Below are positions 15,996 through 30,000 of a stretch of 64,000 bases of DNA, in pieces. A model generated the notes under the pieces. That model did not search any database. It saw nothing but the letters and a program-made list of their open reading frames with translations, and had not been told where the DNA came from. The translations under genes were made by a program, and so were the position numbers. Position 1 is the stretch's first letter; every line of letters begins with the position of its first letter. Origin of the DNA: the human T2T-CHM13v2.0 reference genome, Homo sapiens; assembly GCF_009914755.1 (NCBI RefSeq), contig NC_060943.1. The stretch is one strand, 5' to 3'.

Positions 15996-16908
15996 GACCA
16001 GATGTGGAAAAGGTCAACAACTGTTTGTTTAATTGCATCACTCATTTTCCCCTTGGCCTGGTGGGTCAGGGTGCTGTGAGGGATTCCTTCATTCAGGGGC
16101 CCTCACGCACACCCCACTTCCCCAGCACTGGCCACCTGCGCTTGTTCCATTCATGCCTGTTGGGTTTTTGTCCCTGTCACTGATAAAAAGCAGTCCACGA
16201 GGCAGCCTCGGGACATGTGCCCTGCCACATCCCAGGGTGAGAGTCCCTCCCTTCCTTGTGACCTCAGCACTTGTTTCTGTACCCTTTGGGTATGGCTGGT
16301 TAACCAGCCACTGATCCACTTCTTTGCCTTGCTTCAGTTTCACATTTCTCTTTTTTATCTCCGTGGAAATCAAAATGCCCTGCTGAGATGCAGACACCTG
16401 ATGTCTAATGCAGGTCTCGGTCCCCAGCCTTCAGGGCTGGTTCCAAGGGAGCCCGCGCTGGGCTCTGGGGATTGCTGTTCCCCCTTCTAGGCTTGCCTCA
16501 ACTTTTGTGAAAAAGTAAGACCCATGCTGAAGTCAGTCTCAGGATCGATTGTCCATGACAATTAGCTTTCCCTTTCTCCACAGTTCCTCAGATATCACAG
16601 CAGCAGGTTTCAGCACTGCTTTCCCAAGCTCTCCCGGTTCCATGGTGCCAATTTCACGGGAGTGTGGAGATGAGGATTCTGCTGGAGCAGACATGTTCTT
16701 CCTGACAGTCTTTGTCATCCATCTCAGGCTCCCGTGGGTCAACAGGTCTCTCTTCCTTCCCCGGGACCTCTCCTTGCAGGGCAGACAGAACAATCCCTTC
16801 TCCTCTTCTCCTTCCCCAACGTGATGTCATTGCTTCCTGCACCAAACTATAGTTCCTTTCTCAGTCTGTTTGTTTTGCTCTGAATTGAACTTTTAAAAAG
16901 GGTTTTTT

Positions 16909-17233
16909 ACCATCATTCTCAGCAAACTAATACAGGAACAGAAAACCAAACACCGGATGTTCTCACTCATAAGTGGGAGTTGAACAATGAGAACACATGG
17001 ACACAGGGAGGGGAACATCACACACCGGGGCCTGTCGTGGGGTAGGGGGCAAGGGGAGGGAGAGCGTTAGGACAAATACCTAATGCATGCAGGGCTTAAA
17101 ACCTAGATGACGGATTGATAGGTGCAGCAAACCACCATGGCACATGTATACCTATGTAACAAACCTGCACGTTCTGCACATGTATCCCAGAACTTAAAGT
17201 AAAATAAAAATAAATAAATAAATAAATAATAAA
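16909..17233 (+). mobile_element. L1PA (about PA8-PA10) 3' end
   Basis: ORF2 terminus, G-rich 3'UTR and aataaa tail. Confidence 0.93.
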
Positions 17234-17242
17234 TGGCTTTTT

Positions 17243-17534
17243 AGCCTGGGCACAGTGGCTCATGCCTGTAATCCCACCACTTTGGGAGGCCGAGGCAGGC
17301 AGATCACCTAAGGTCAGAAGTTCAAGACCAGCCTGGCCAACATGGCGAAACACCATCTCTACCAAAACTACAAAAATTAGCTGGGCATGGTGGATGCGGC
17401 TGTAATTCCAGATACTTGGGAGGCTGAGGCAGGAGAGTCGCCCGGGAGGCGGAGGCTGCAGTGAGCCGAGTTCATGTCACTGGACTCCAGCCTGGGCAAC
17501 AGAGTTAGACCCTGTCTCAAAAAAAAAAAAAAAA
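17243..17534 (+). mobile_element. AluSx-like
   Basis: Full dimer with a small right-arm deletion; A tail. Confidence 0.92.
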
Positions 17535-18134
17535 GGGTGGGTTGGGGGGCTTTTTAGCTGCCCTTAATACTATATTTTTTCTTTCCTTGGCTTTCATTAA
17601 AGATAAGATCATTTCAAGTCCCAGTCACTTATGTCTGAGGTTCCCTAAGAACATGTTCCTTCTTGTTTCCATGTTTTATTCAAATCATCAATCAATTAAT
17701 CTATTCACTTAACACATCTATGCATATGTGCATGTGTGTGTATACATGTACTTGTATGTACATACATGCGCATGAGTATGCTAGATGCCCACTATCGTCT
17801 TTTCAAATCTCATCTCTCTGGGGGAGTCACACTGGTTTTTCTGGACCCAGGCTTCTTCCCTGTCACTGGGATCTCTCTGGTTGCACAGTCGGCATTATGA
17901 CACGTTTGAGAGCATCCTCATCTTTTTCTGGGTCATTTGCTTGACCAGCCTCTCGTGTCCTGGAATCCTACCTCTCTTTTCTGCAAGTATTTTGAACCCT
18001 GGTATGTTAAAATTTAGGATACACATTGGTTCGTGATGAATTACAAACATTTATTGAGTTTTTAAAAAATGCCAGGCAGTGTGCTAACTTATTAAATGGA
18101 TTTAATCCTTGTAACAACTTTTTAGAATTGAGTT

Positions 18135-18772
18135 CTTTTTAAAAATTTTGTTGATTGATTTATTTTTATTTTTTATTTCTATAGTTTTTGGGGAACGGGT
18201 GGCTTTTGGTAACATGGGTAAGTTGTTTAGTGGTGATTTCTGAAATTGTGGTGCACCCATCACCCCAGCAGTGTACACTGTATCCAATATGTAGTCTTTT
18301 ATCCCTCACCCCTCCCGCCCTCACCACCTCCCCAAAGTCCATCGTATCATTCTTACACCTTTGCCTCCTCATAACTTAGCTCCCACTGATAAGTGACAAT
18401 ATACGATATTTGGTTTTCCATTCCTGAGTTACTTCCCATAGAATAATGGCCTCCAACTTCATCCAAGTTGTTGCAAAAGACATTTGTTCCTTTTGATGAC
18501 TGAGTAGTATTCCATGGTGTATATGTACCACATTACCTTTATACTTTCGTTGATCAGTGGGTACTTAGGTTGATTCCATATCTTTGCAATTGCAAATTGT
18601 GCTGCTATAAATGTGTGTGAATGTGTGTGTGTGTGTGTATTGTGTGTCTTTTTCATGTAATGACGTCTTTTCCTTTGGGTAGATATCCAGTATTGGGACT
18701 GCTAGGTCGAATGGTAGATCCACTTTCAGTTCTTTAAGGAATCTTCTGTTTTCCACAGTGGTTGTACTAGTT
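18135..18772 (-). mobile_element. L1PB1-like 3' end inserted in an antisense MIR (MIR pieces about 18045-18125 and 18780-18940)
   Basis: tttggggaacgggtgg...tagtggtgatttctga...ggtgcacccatcacc; ORF2-like peptides 18459-18756. Confidence 0.88.
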
Positions 18773-19960
18773 CTCGTAACAGGTAACAGCTTTCTGAGGT
18801 AGATACTGATTTTATCCTGCAGTAGAAAATGGGGATCTGAGGTTCTGAAATGTTAAGTAACTTCCCCAATGTCACACAGGAAGTGCTGGAGTCTGGATTT
18901 GAGCCGGTCTGTTTTATTCCTTCTCTGTGCTCCTAACCATTGTCCCATCACTGTGACCCCAACCTACCTAGCCTCACACACCTAGGATTTTGAGAACTCT
19001 AAGACAAACATAATTGTAGTTGTCCAAGATTCTTGCTTTTTTTTTTCTGCCTTAACTAATTCCTCCCTATTAGTTAGAACTAAATCTAGAGTTTTAAAAA
19101 TATTCCTTCATTATATTCTCTACGGTCTGGAAAATGAAGTTATCATCAAGATAGGTCAAGGTCTTGTCAGATGAATGAAAACAACAGTAATGATGTATTT
19201 TCCTCCCCATTAGGTCTGATGCCTCGCTTTCCAGCCAGCTCAAAGTTCTAATGGACGGTCAGAGTGAAATGTTCTATCAGTCCCTTGTCCAGCCCCCCAG
19301 CTGGTTGAATTGGGAGTTTTGTGTTTGCAGGGGACCCTCTATTTCCCCATCTGTCTGGGTGGGCTTCAGCAAGCTTCTAGTATCAGCATCTCCATAGCGC
19401 CCTCCTCTGGGTCCACCCCTTGCTTGGTGCTGTATGCTTCTTGCTTTGGGCAGACAGGAGCCTGGGGACACCACTCCTTCACCATTTCTGTTAGGTCTGG
19501 CCTTTGGGGTCCAGAAGTCCTGGGGACAGGGGTGCCCCATGTTCTGACTCCCATCCTCCAGGCTCCAGCCCCACCCTCACTGTGAGGTTTATTTAGTGTT
19601 CTGTGTTGGCCCAGTGCCCACCTCATTGGAACTGGTGACCTCCTTGACAATTTGTTTTCTCCTGTGCATCTCCAGGCTCCTCCCACACTCTCTTCTCCTC
19701 TCTGGGTTGTACCTGTTGTACACTGTGTTCCTAGGGTGCCAGGTCAGTGAGCAAGGTGGCTCCCCTTGGCAGGTCAGCTGGCCTCCCGGAAAACATGGTC
19801 CTCTCCCCTTCTGGGAAATGCATCAGAGTCCCAGCTGGGACCTTTTCCAAGGCCTCAAGTTTCCTTCAGGTGTCCCATTGGCACCTCAAACTCAGCAGGT
19901 CCCAAATGCCGAGTCTTCCGAATGGGTGTCTCCTGCCATGCTGCCTGGCGGGGTGAACAG

Positions 19961-19989
19961 ACCCCACCCCACCCCACCCCACCCCACCC
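19961..19989 (-). repeat. (GGGGT)5 tract, predicted G-quadruplex
   Basis: accccaccccaccccaccccaccccaccc on the + strand. Confidence 0.8.
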
Positions 19990-20199
19990 ATCCAACAACC
20001 AGAACACCCAGGGCATGGTCCAGGCGGTTCCTTCTCACACCCCTTGGAGACCCCTCTTTCTGCTTCTTAAACAATTCTTGCGTTTGTCCCCTTGTCTGTC
20101 ACAGATCTGAATCTCCACATTTGAGGTCTTCATGGGTTTCCCTCTTAAACACAGTTTCCGTCTAGTTCGTTCCCGGTAGCTTGCTCCAAACCCTTTCCC

Positions 20200-21027
<828 letters not shown>

Positions 21028-21152
21028 ATTCTTTAATATATCAAGTAAGTGTTTCGCCCCATCCTTGTTCTTTCTCTGTGCTCTTAGCCCATCTCTGTGC
21101 AGGACCCATGAGCTTCTTGTTTCGTTTCTTTGAGCAAGTAGCGCACTTTCTT

Positions 21153-21184
<32 letters not shown>

Positions 21185-21352
21185 TTTTGTCTTCTCTTGA
21201 TCTTTTTTGGAAAGACTGTGGAACTCCGTGTGAGAGCTCTTAAATTTTCTGGGACTCAGGAAAGTGGGGGGACAACATCTCTTCTTTGTTATAAGGATTA
21301 ATTACTTTGTAAAGTGCTATAAGCTTTGTAGAGTAGAAAATCAAACCTTGTT

Positions 21353-21694
21353 GCCGGGCGCGGTGGCTCACGCCTGTAATCCCAGCACTTTGGGAGGCCG
21401 AGGAGGGTGGATCACCAGGTCAGGAAATCAAGACCATCCTGGCTAACATGGTGAAACCCCGTCTCTACTAAAAAATACAAAAAATTAGTCGGGCGTGGTG
21501 GCAGGCACCTGTAGTCCCAGCTACTCGGGAGGCTGAGGCAGGAGAATGGTGTGAACCCGGAAGGCAGAGCTTTCAGTGAGCAGAGATCGCGCCACTGCAC
21601 TCCAGCCTGGGCGACAGTGTGAGACTCTGTCTCAAAAACATAAATAAATAAATAAATAAATACATAAATACATAAATAAAATAAAATAAAAAAA
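21353..21694 (+). mobile_element. AluY with (TAAA)n tail
   Basis: accatcctggctaac, ggagaatggtgtgaacc; TSD aaatcaaaccttgtt / aaatcagaccttgtt. Confidence 0.92.
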
Positions 21695-21767
21695 GGAAAT
21701 CAGACCTTGTTAAGGTTCCACCCCTGCACGTTTCCTTCTTCCCATGGTTTCCTTCAAGCCTCTAGCT

Positions 21768-22005
21768 ATTTTTTTGGTAACAGCTTTATTGAGATATAAT
21801 TCACATATCATACAGTTAATGCAAAGTGTAGAATTCAATGGTTTTTAGTCTATTCATAGAATTGTGCAACCATCACCACAATCAATTTTAGAACATTTCT
21901 ATCATCCCAGAAAAGATACTCTGCAACCTTTAGCTAGCAACTCCCAGCCCAAGACAACCGCACATCTCTTTCCTGTCACTATAGATTTACTGATTCTGGA
22001 CGTCT
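21768..22005 (-). mobile_element. L1MB7/8-like 3' end
   Basis: cagctttattgagatataattcacata...gtgcaaccatcaccacaatcaattttagaacatt. Confidence 0.85.
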
Positions 22006-22567
22006 ACTTGCTGTTCTTAAAGCTCATCTCTGTGCAGGACCCATGAGCTTCTTGTTTCATTTCCTTGAGCAAGCAGTGGATCTTTTTTTCTTCTTTTTTT
22101 TTTTGTCTTTTCTTGGCCTTTTAGCAAAGACTGTGGAATTCCGTGTAAAGGCTCTTAACTTTTCTTGAACTCAGGAAGCAGGCGGTGGGGTGGGGGGAAA
22201 CATCTTTTCTTTGTTATAAGGATTAATTACTGTGTTTGTAAAGTGCTATAAGCTTTGTAAAGTAGAAAATCAAACTTTTGTTGATTTTCTAATTGTTCCA
22301 AATTAATGTCATTTTCTCAGGTTTTTTTCTTAATTTGGGATACCTCATTAGCAAAAAATATCAAATTTCAGAGAAAGATGTTCTAAGCCTGCTTTTATCA
22401 TATCTCCAACCTGGAGAACCCATAGCAAGGGAAGATGAGCTCAGAGAGGCTGTGGAAGTTGCTCCGAGACCAGTAAAGGTGTGTTTCATTAGGTGGGGGT
22501 TGGCGTCACTATTATCCATCAGGAAAGGGAGAGGGTGCTCAGTCTGCCAGTGACACATGTATTTTCT

Positions 22568-23270
22568 TTCTTTTTTTTTCTTTTTAAAATTTATTTTGTT
22601 TAAGTTCCGGGATACATGTGCAGGATGTGCAGGTTTGTTACATAGGTAAACATGTGCCATGGTGCTTTGCTGCACCTATCAACCTATCACCTAGGTATTA
22701 AGCCCAGCATGCATTAGCTATTTATTCTGATGCTCTCCCTCCCAACCTCCCCGCTGACAAGCCCCAGTGTGTGTTGTTCCCCTCCCTGTGTCCATGTGTT
22801 CTTATCGTTCAGCTCCCACTTAAAAGTGAGAACATGCAGTGTTTGGCTTTCTGTTCCTGCATTAGTTTGCTAAGGGTAATGGCATCCAGCTCCATCCATG
22901 TCCATGCAAAGAACATGACCTCATTCCTTTTTATGGCTGCATAGTATTCCATGGTATACATGTACCACATTTTCTTTATCCAGTCTATCATTGATGGGCA
23001 TTTAGGTTGATTCCATGTCTTTGCTATTGTGAATAGTGCTGCAGTGAACATACATGTGCATGTATCTTTATAATAGAATGATTTATATTCCTTTGGGTAT
23101 ATACCTAGTAATGAGATTGCTGGGTCAAATGGTACTTCTGGTTCTAGGTCTTTGAGGATTCTCCACACTGACTTCCTCAATGGGTGGACTAATTGACATT
23201 CCCACCAATGGTGTAAAAACGTTCCTATTTCTCCACAGCCTTGACAGCATCTGTTGTTTCTTAACTTCTT
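22568..23270 (-). mobile_element. 5'-truncated L1PA (about PA13)
   Basis: ORF2 C-terminus still open (22809-23180: PFDPAISLLGIYPKE...KTWNQPKCPSMIDWIKKMW); perfect 13-bp TSD acatgtattttct at 22555 and 23271. Confidence 0.95.
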
Positions 23271-23459
23271 ACATGTATTTTCTATAATAACTCATCTCAT
23301 CTGTTTTTGGCCTACTTGGACTTGGTCCTAGTACTCCACAAACATTTCCTTGGCTCAGATAAAGGGCAAATGCTGATAATTCACCTAAGGAGGGAATAAA
23401 ACTACTAAGTAGAAGGAACACAGTTCATCTGCTCTAGTATTTAAAAATTACAAACTTAA

Positions 23460-23860
23460 ATAAAGAACCAGTGGCCATTTTGGTCTATTGAATGATAACA
23501 AATATTAAAAACTGAAACTCCTGCCTGCCAGGGATACAGGGAGCCAGGACTTCCAACAATGCTGGTAGCCTTCTAAGTGGTTGAAAGATCTGTAGAAGAC
23601 AATTTGTCAATACCCATCAGGAGTAATGACACGTTAAACTCGTTGACCCAGTAATTCTGCTTCTGAGAATCTATTTTAAGAAATTTATCCAAAGTATGAA
23701 AAAAGTTACCTGCGTGGAAATGTTCATTATAACATCGTTTAAAATGCCAAAAATTAAAACAGGAATTGTGTTAAAATGTATGGCACTGGGGCATTCCATG
23801 GAGACAGAGCTCCTTGATGGACATGATGCAGCCATTTACAATGATGGTTTTCAGGAGTGT
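23460..23860 (+). mobile_element. Ancient L1ME fragment
   Basis: ttgacccagtaattctgcttctgagaatctat...atgttcatt...atgcagccattt. Confidence 0.6.
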
Positions 23861-25787
23861 GCACAAGAACAAAAGAAGGAAACACAACTGAATGTGGACC
23901 AGGGGCCGGGCCATGTGAAAAGCTGTGCACAGTAAAGCAATGGGAGGGAGAAATGCCAAAATAATTACTGCAGGGGCTTTAAGGCATAGAACTGATGCCT
24001 TCTCAGTCTCTCTCTCTTTCTCTCTCTCTCCCTCCATTCCTCCCTCTTTCTTTTTCTTTTGTCCATATGTTTTATGATGTATGACATTACTTCCATAAAA
24101 TTTTTTAAGAAAATTAGAAAACTCAACCCCCTGGTGCATGTTAAGAAGGTCAAACTTACTGTTTTGTTCTTCAAAAACCTGAAGTCCTGAAGTGAGGACC
24201 AAAGAGATAGTAGTAAACTAGCATAATGATCACATTCCCTGGCATTCTATAGAAAATGACAATTTCCCCCATTCCCTGAAACAAATCTTGACTAACTTTG
24301 ATAGTTCAGCAATTAGAACTTTGGCATACAATCTTTCTTCTTCAACTCCTATAATTAGTGGTCTCCAATTATATGAATCAATTTCAATTTCTATAAATCA
24401 GATGATTTAGAGAGAAGGCTGTTCAATTTCCTTTTCAACTGTATGGTTTCAGCAGCAATAAAACTCTCAGCTTAAAATATCAGGATGCAACTTGCTCCAG
24501 AAATATTACCCAGCTCATTTAGGGCTTCTGCCGGCCGCCACAGCAGTTCCCAGGTTTCTAGGTGGTACCACTTATCTGTCTGCTCCTGAGCCCTGTTCAA
24601 TTCTTCTTCATGGGATCTGACATCTACTTACAGATTTCCCTCCCAGTGTGGGATGACTATCCCTAGACCTTCCTGGTGTTCTAACAGAAAGACCCAGTTT
24701 GGACCCAGATGTATCTCTCTAATGCTAGTTAGCAGGCACTTTTAGTGTCTCCCTTTTTTTCAGTCCTGGGTTTTTCAATGTCAGTGGCCCTCTAAGGTGT
24801 TCTGCAGGATGTGAAACCTCCAGCCTGAATCTCCTCTAAGCCTGGCTTCGGGAAGTGCCCGTTGCACCCTGCTACTTTGTGAGGACTCTTCATGAATCAA
24901 TTCCTGACTCATTCCCGGAATCTGGAGTTGTGGTTTCTTTTTCTCCTTTAGTCCTTTAATGTCTGAAATGTGATTTCTTTCATCTCACAAGGAGCAAGTC
25001 TTATTATTAATTTTAAAAATTCAAAAAGGAAAATTATTTAGCTATTTTTTTAATTAAAAAAAAAAAACAACCCTGAGAGTCTCAACAGACTCTTCTGAGC
25101 ATCGAATCACATAGACACTTTCATGTGGCATTAACTCTTCCCCATTCGCTAAAAGGAAAGCAAGCCAGGGGCAGAGGGCGGGTTGAGGGGTCAGCTGGAG
25201 GAATCTGTGCCGAAGAGAGTTCTGGGTTGCAAATGCACAGCCTCCCTCCCCTTTCTTCTCCCCTTGGAGGAGATAAGTGGCCAAGGCTTCAGTTTGATGC
25301 TAATGTGGTTTTTAGCAAGATGTCTGCTTTTGGTTGAAGATTGGCCTATGGCTTTTATAGTATTCTTAAATTCAGCTTATGTTGAATTATTATTGTTCCT
25401 CATTTTGTGCATGACTTCCAGTTCCCGAAGCATTAGAGTCTCTTTAAGTGCTAGGGCTGCTGACTGAGGTTTCTTGACAAATAGATCATGGAAAATCAGG
25501 ACGTTATATACTGGCCTGCCCAAGGTATCTGCAAGACCAGCCCCCTTGTGGAATCACTGGGGCAGAGAACCCACAGCTCAAGCTCTCTTTTGATACCTGG
25601 GGCTCTAAAGAAATGTGTCAGCAAGTCTTCCAAACCCAAAGGGGACAAGGCTTATCTTTCCTGGGGAGCTCAATTCAACAGGGAACAGAAAACAAAAGAC
25701 AGAAACCAGCCATTTGTGACTTGTTTATTTGATTGTAGCCATTAACAATCATGCATTGAAGAATAACAGTTTCAAAACATACTCACA

Positions 25788-26191
<404 letters not shown>

Positions 26192-28619
26192 TCAGATTTA
26201 AATAAATATGATTAGAAAGAAGTCTATAAAAGTGATACTGACAGTCGTCGTCAGGTAGTAGAATCTGAAGTTATTTTCATTTCTTTTCATACCTTTCCAT
26301 ATGTTCCAGATTTCTGCAAATACAAACATGGAATACTTTGCTGAATAGAATGTGAAAGTTTGCTGAAAAGGCTGAAGAAGTAAAACAAATTCTGAATTTC
26401 CAATATGGTACTTGGTCATAGATTGCTCTGACCTGATTTGCAAGTTCTCAAAGGGTGCACACTCTGTTCTTGTCTGAGTCCTACCAGGGCCAAGCATGTG
26501 CTTCAAACCTACATGCTTCCATTGAGATCCTCCTATGTACCTAATGCATATTTCAATTGAGTTTGGTTTTGGAGGATCTGACTTAGTCCAAGTTCATGTG
26601 AACCTGCAGAGAAAAGTGCACATGATTGGAGGATAAAAGCCATTGCTAACTTTTTTTTTTAACCAAGTTGACCAGTTGTTAGACCAGAAAACAGTTTTGT
26701 TGTTGAATAAACATAATCTCTTCGTTCATCTCTTCTTGATAAGCCCTAGAATGGTGAGATGACTCCCTGTGGCTAGCAATAGAAGATCCTATTAGGCAAG
26801 TTTTCTTCAATCAGGATGAAAGAGTCATACATATTCAAAATGAACATTTTAGAATATATAGACCCTTTCATCTCCAGGAGGGGGTTGTGTATCCTTGTTT
26901 AGATCTTCATTTTACAGATGAGAACACAGGGGTCTGAGGAGGAAAGGGGCCAGCTCACATCCCTTGCTGAACTGGCAGTGGATACAGAATGTGAACCACT
27001 GAGTTTTTAGGGTCACTGTAGGCTCCCCCTTGCCACAGAGATAACAGCGTTCACCACTTAGATAAAGAAACTTCCATGCTGGCCAGCAGTGGGCATTTTC
27101 TTCCTTCTCCCACTCACTCTTCCTGTAAGCAGAAATAAGGCCCTATTGTTATCCAAAGGGCACTCTCTCCTAAGTATGTCCTAGGGCACCCCAAGATGAT
27201 GATGTTGTTTGCTAGGGTCCACTACCAGGAAATGTCAAGTATTCGGGATTGCCCACGAAAGAGTTTATTTTGGTATAAGAAAAGATGGGCTTTTAAAACT
27301 TAAAGTGAAAACTTTGGGTTTGGAAGGGAAAATGTAAAAGTTGGTTATAATGAGGACTTTGTTTGCCAGGCGCCCCAGCCCGGTGACTAATGGCTGGCTG
27401 CTTGTTGGAGAAAGCTGTCTTTAGGGGCGTTGAGGGTGTTAGCAATGAACAGGAGTGGGCAGGCACTGAGGACCCGGGACCCAGGTTAGGAGGCGGGGGA
27501 AGGTGGGGTGAATGTGCAACTCCAATGAGAAAGTATTTAACTATGGCTCCAGTGTCTACCAAGGCCTGTCCAAGGACCTTGGTTGATGTCGCTAGAGACA
27601 ATGTTGCCTATCTTCATGAAAACAAACGGCAAGTCCTATCCTGACTCAAGGAGCAGGGTGTTTTGGATAATTACAATTTTACTCCCCATAAACTCCTTTA
27701 AAATGGCATCTAAGAGAAGCGACTTTCAGAAAGAAAAGAATTCTGGGGACATTGTTCCTTTCACAGCACAAGGTGAACAAAATAAGACAGAAGGCCTTCT
27801 GTCTCCTGTTCAGTAAATTTTTCTGGGTTAAGATTGTTCTTCCAAGTTTGTCTTCCTGGAGTGCGTGAGCCTCTGCAGCCAATGACACCACAGTGTGTGT
27901 TGTGGGGAGTTCCAGAGTCCCTCTCCAGTTATCAGGTCGATACATGTACCTGGTAATACAATGCCAATCCATGGCTAAAAATAGCTTCCTTTTGTTGCGA
28001 TCTCCCAGAACAAAGGGATCAGACCCACTTCATCTGTGTCCCCTGCCCTCCCCTCCCGGCAGTCCTAAGGCAAACAGTTTGTCTTTTCCCTCAAATGGAT
28101 TTTTCATTTAAAAATGGGGGAGAATGAAACCTGAATAGCATGGAGACCTGTGCACTAACAAAAAATTCTTTTGAAATAATAGGTGCTAGAAATCACAATT
28201 TCAGCCTCCTGTGTCCCCCAAGCCAGTTTGGGTTGAACCAGATGCCAGGACTTAAGTCAAATGTGTGGGGACTCCTCTGTGGGTCCCTTGGGGGAAACTC
28301 AATGATTTCTTTTCCTTTCCTTTTCTTTTTTTTTTTTAAGTGTTCCTCAAAGATATACAAGACGTTACTCCTGATAAAATCCCGTTAGCCATAGTTCAAC
28401 TTTATATTCCTTGATCAGTCTTGTGTTTTCTCACTGACTTTTGCTACAGTTTATGGCTCTAGATTAAGTACCAGAACACAGAGTTTTATTTTCCTTTGTC
28501 TAAGTCTATCTTCCTTTGCCTGGCTCACTAACTGGATATATGTACATAGGCGATGGGCACAGAATGTGGGTTGTATTTTGGGTGAGGGTGGGGGTGGGCA
28601 GGTCGGATCATGAAGGGAC

Positions 28620-30000
28620 ACAGAATATTAATTAGACAGAAAGTGCTCTCTGTGCCTTATCTGCATAAAGAAAGATAAAGCCCATGTAAATAATATGTGT
28701 GTTTCCCATAATGAATGTCCCCTTTCTCTCCATTTCTGCATAGTATTAGAAATTGCGTTTTTATTATATGAGACATTGGATGCATGCCAACAAGTTTTTC
28801 TTTTAACTTGATATTTTGGGCTCTGATCTTTGTTAGCACTACAATGGCATGTATCTCGTACAGTCAGAGGTCATTTCTATAGCTCCTTCCCCCTTCCCAT
28901 CATTTCTGGGGAATGTTTGTTTTCAAAACAAAGAATTGGGTTAAAGCTGAGGTATCATATATCAGAACATATTTCAAGACAAAATTAAGAACACTCAAAC
29001 CTTCCTTTGAAAGGTCAGATAGTATTTATTATTATTATAAAAATGATCTGTGATTTATGAATTTAACTTCTCATAAACCTTCTTTGTAACAGAATATGCA
29101 GTCAGAGGCTTAACATTACATTGTTTTCTTTTGACAACGTATCCACGAGACCACTGCAGCTGTTCCTGTACTCACAATAGCAGATTAATTAACACAATCA
29201 TATGCTGTTGGCTCTTACTCAATGAGTGGGTCTGCAGCGGGATAGATAGGTAAATCCTTTAAATGCGGTGGAGATAAAGCATATACTATGGTAGTTTCAT
29301 AACTAGCCAGTTTTGCTTCTGACTAGCCAGCCCTATCAGGACCAGGTTCACAGACCACAGACGCCCTGAGCTTGAATTTCAAAGTCAGCCACACCTATCG
29401 CCAACGCCATAATGCCCAACATTTGCAAGACACAAATATGTAAAAGCCGAAGACCTCTCGGAAATCAGCAGCTTTGGTTAAAATAGCAGTCAGTCTGCCG
29501 CCAGCATTTTGAGTCTGCAGTATTTTTTTAAAGTTCAATCATTGCTTTCCTTAAATATCTCTCTTGCAATATTACTCACTTTTTTTTTTTTTTTTTTTTT
29601 TTTTTTGCCCATCCCTCAGTGCACATAGTTCTGGGCAGCTGTCATGACTTTAGTTTTTTTAAGTACTAAAATATTTTTTTTTCTTCTGTAACTGTGCTAA
29701 TGAAAACGTGTGTAATGAAACCTTCCTCCCCTGCCCAGTCACCAGCCATATTTATTGGCAACTTTAGCTGACATTTTAGGGAACGTCAAACCTTTGTTAG
29801 AGAAAATGTAAGGCTTTGCTTTAGAAACAGGCATGCCCATGCAGAGAACGAGGTAACAAGGCAGTAGGCTTAATAGAATTTCCTTCAGACTTTTTTTCTA
29901 ATGTCCATTACATATGCAACACTAATTTACTTTTTGTTGTTTTACTTAGCACAGAAATTGAAAATGTGACAAGCTTTGCTGGATTAAAAGGCTCATTTCA
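28620..30000. promoter_or_regulatory. Transposon-free AT-rich block, candidate conserved enhancer cluster
   Basis: No recognisable TE; GATA, TAATTAA, ACAAT and TGCCAA motifs. Confidence 0.35.

Larger units (their letters stand above)
21090..22282 (+). repeat. Dispersed direct duplication of about 260 bp (21090-21352 and 22025-22282)
   Basis: Both copies run catctctgtgcaggacccatgagcttcttgtttc...ttgttataaggattaattac...ttgtaaagtgctataagctttgta.agtagaaaatcaaac. Confidence 0.92.

Noticed and set aside
22809-23180. 123-aa ORF with real protein similarity
   Set aside because: It is the C-terminus of L1 ORF2p in a 5'-truncated L1PA, not a host gene.
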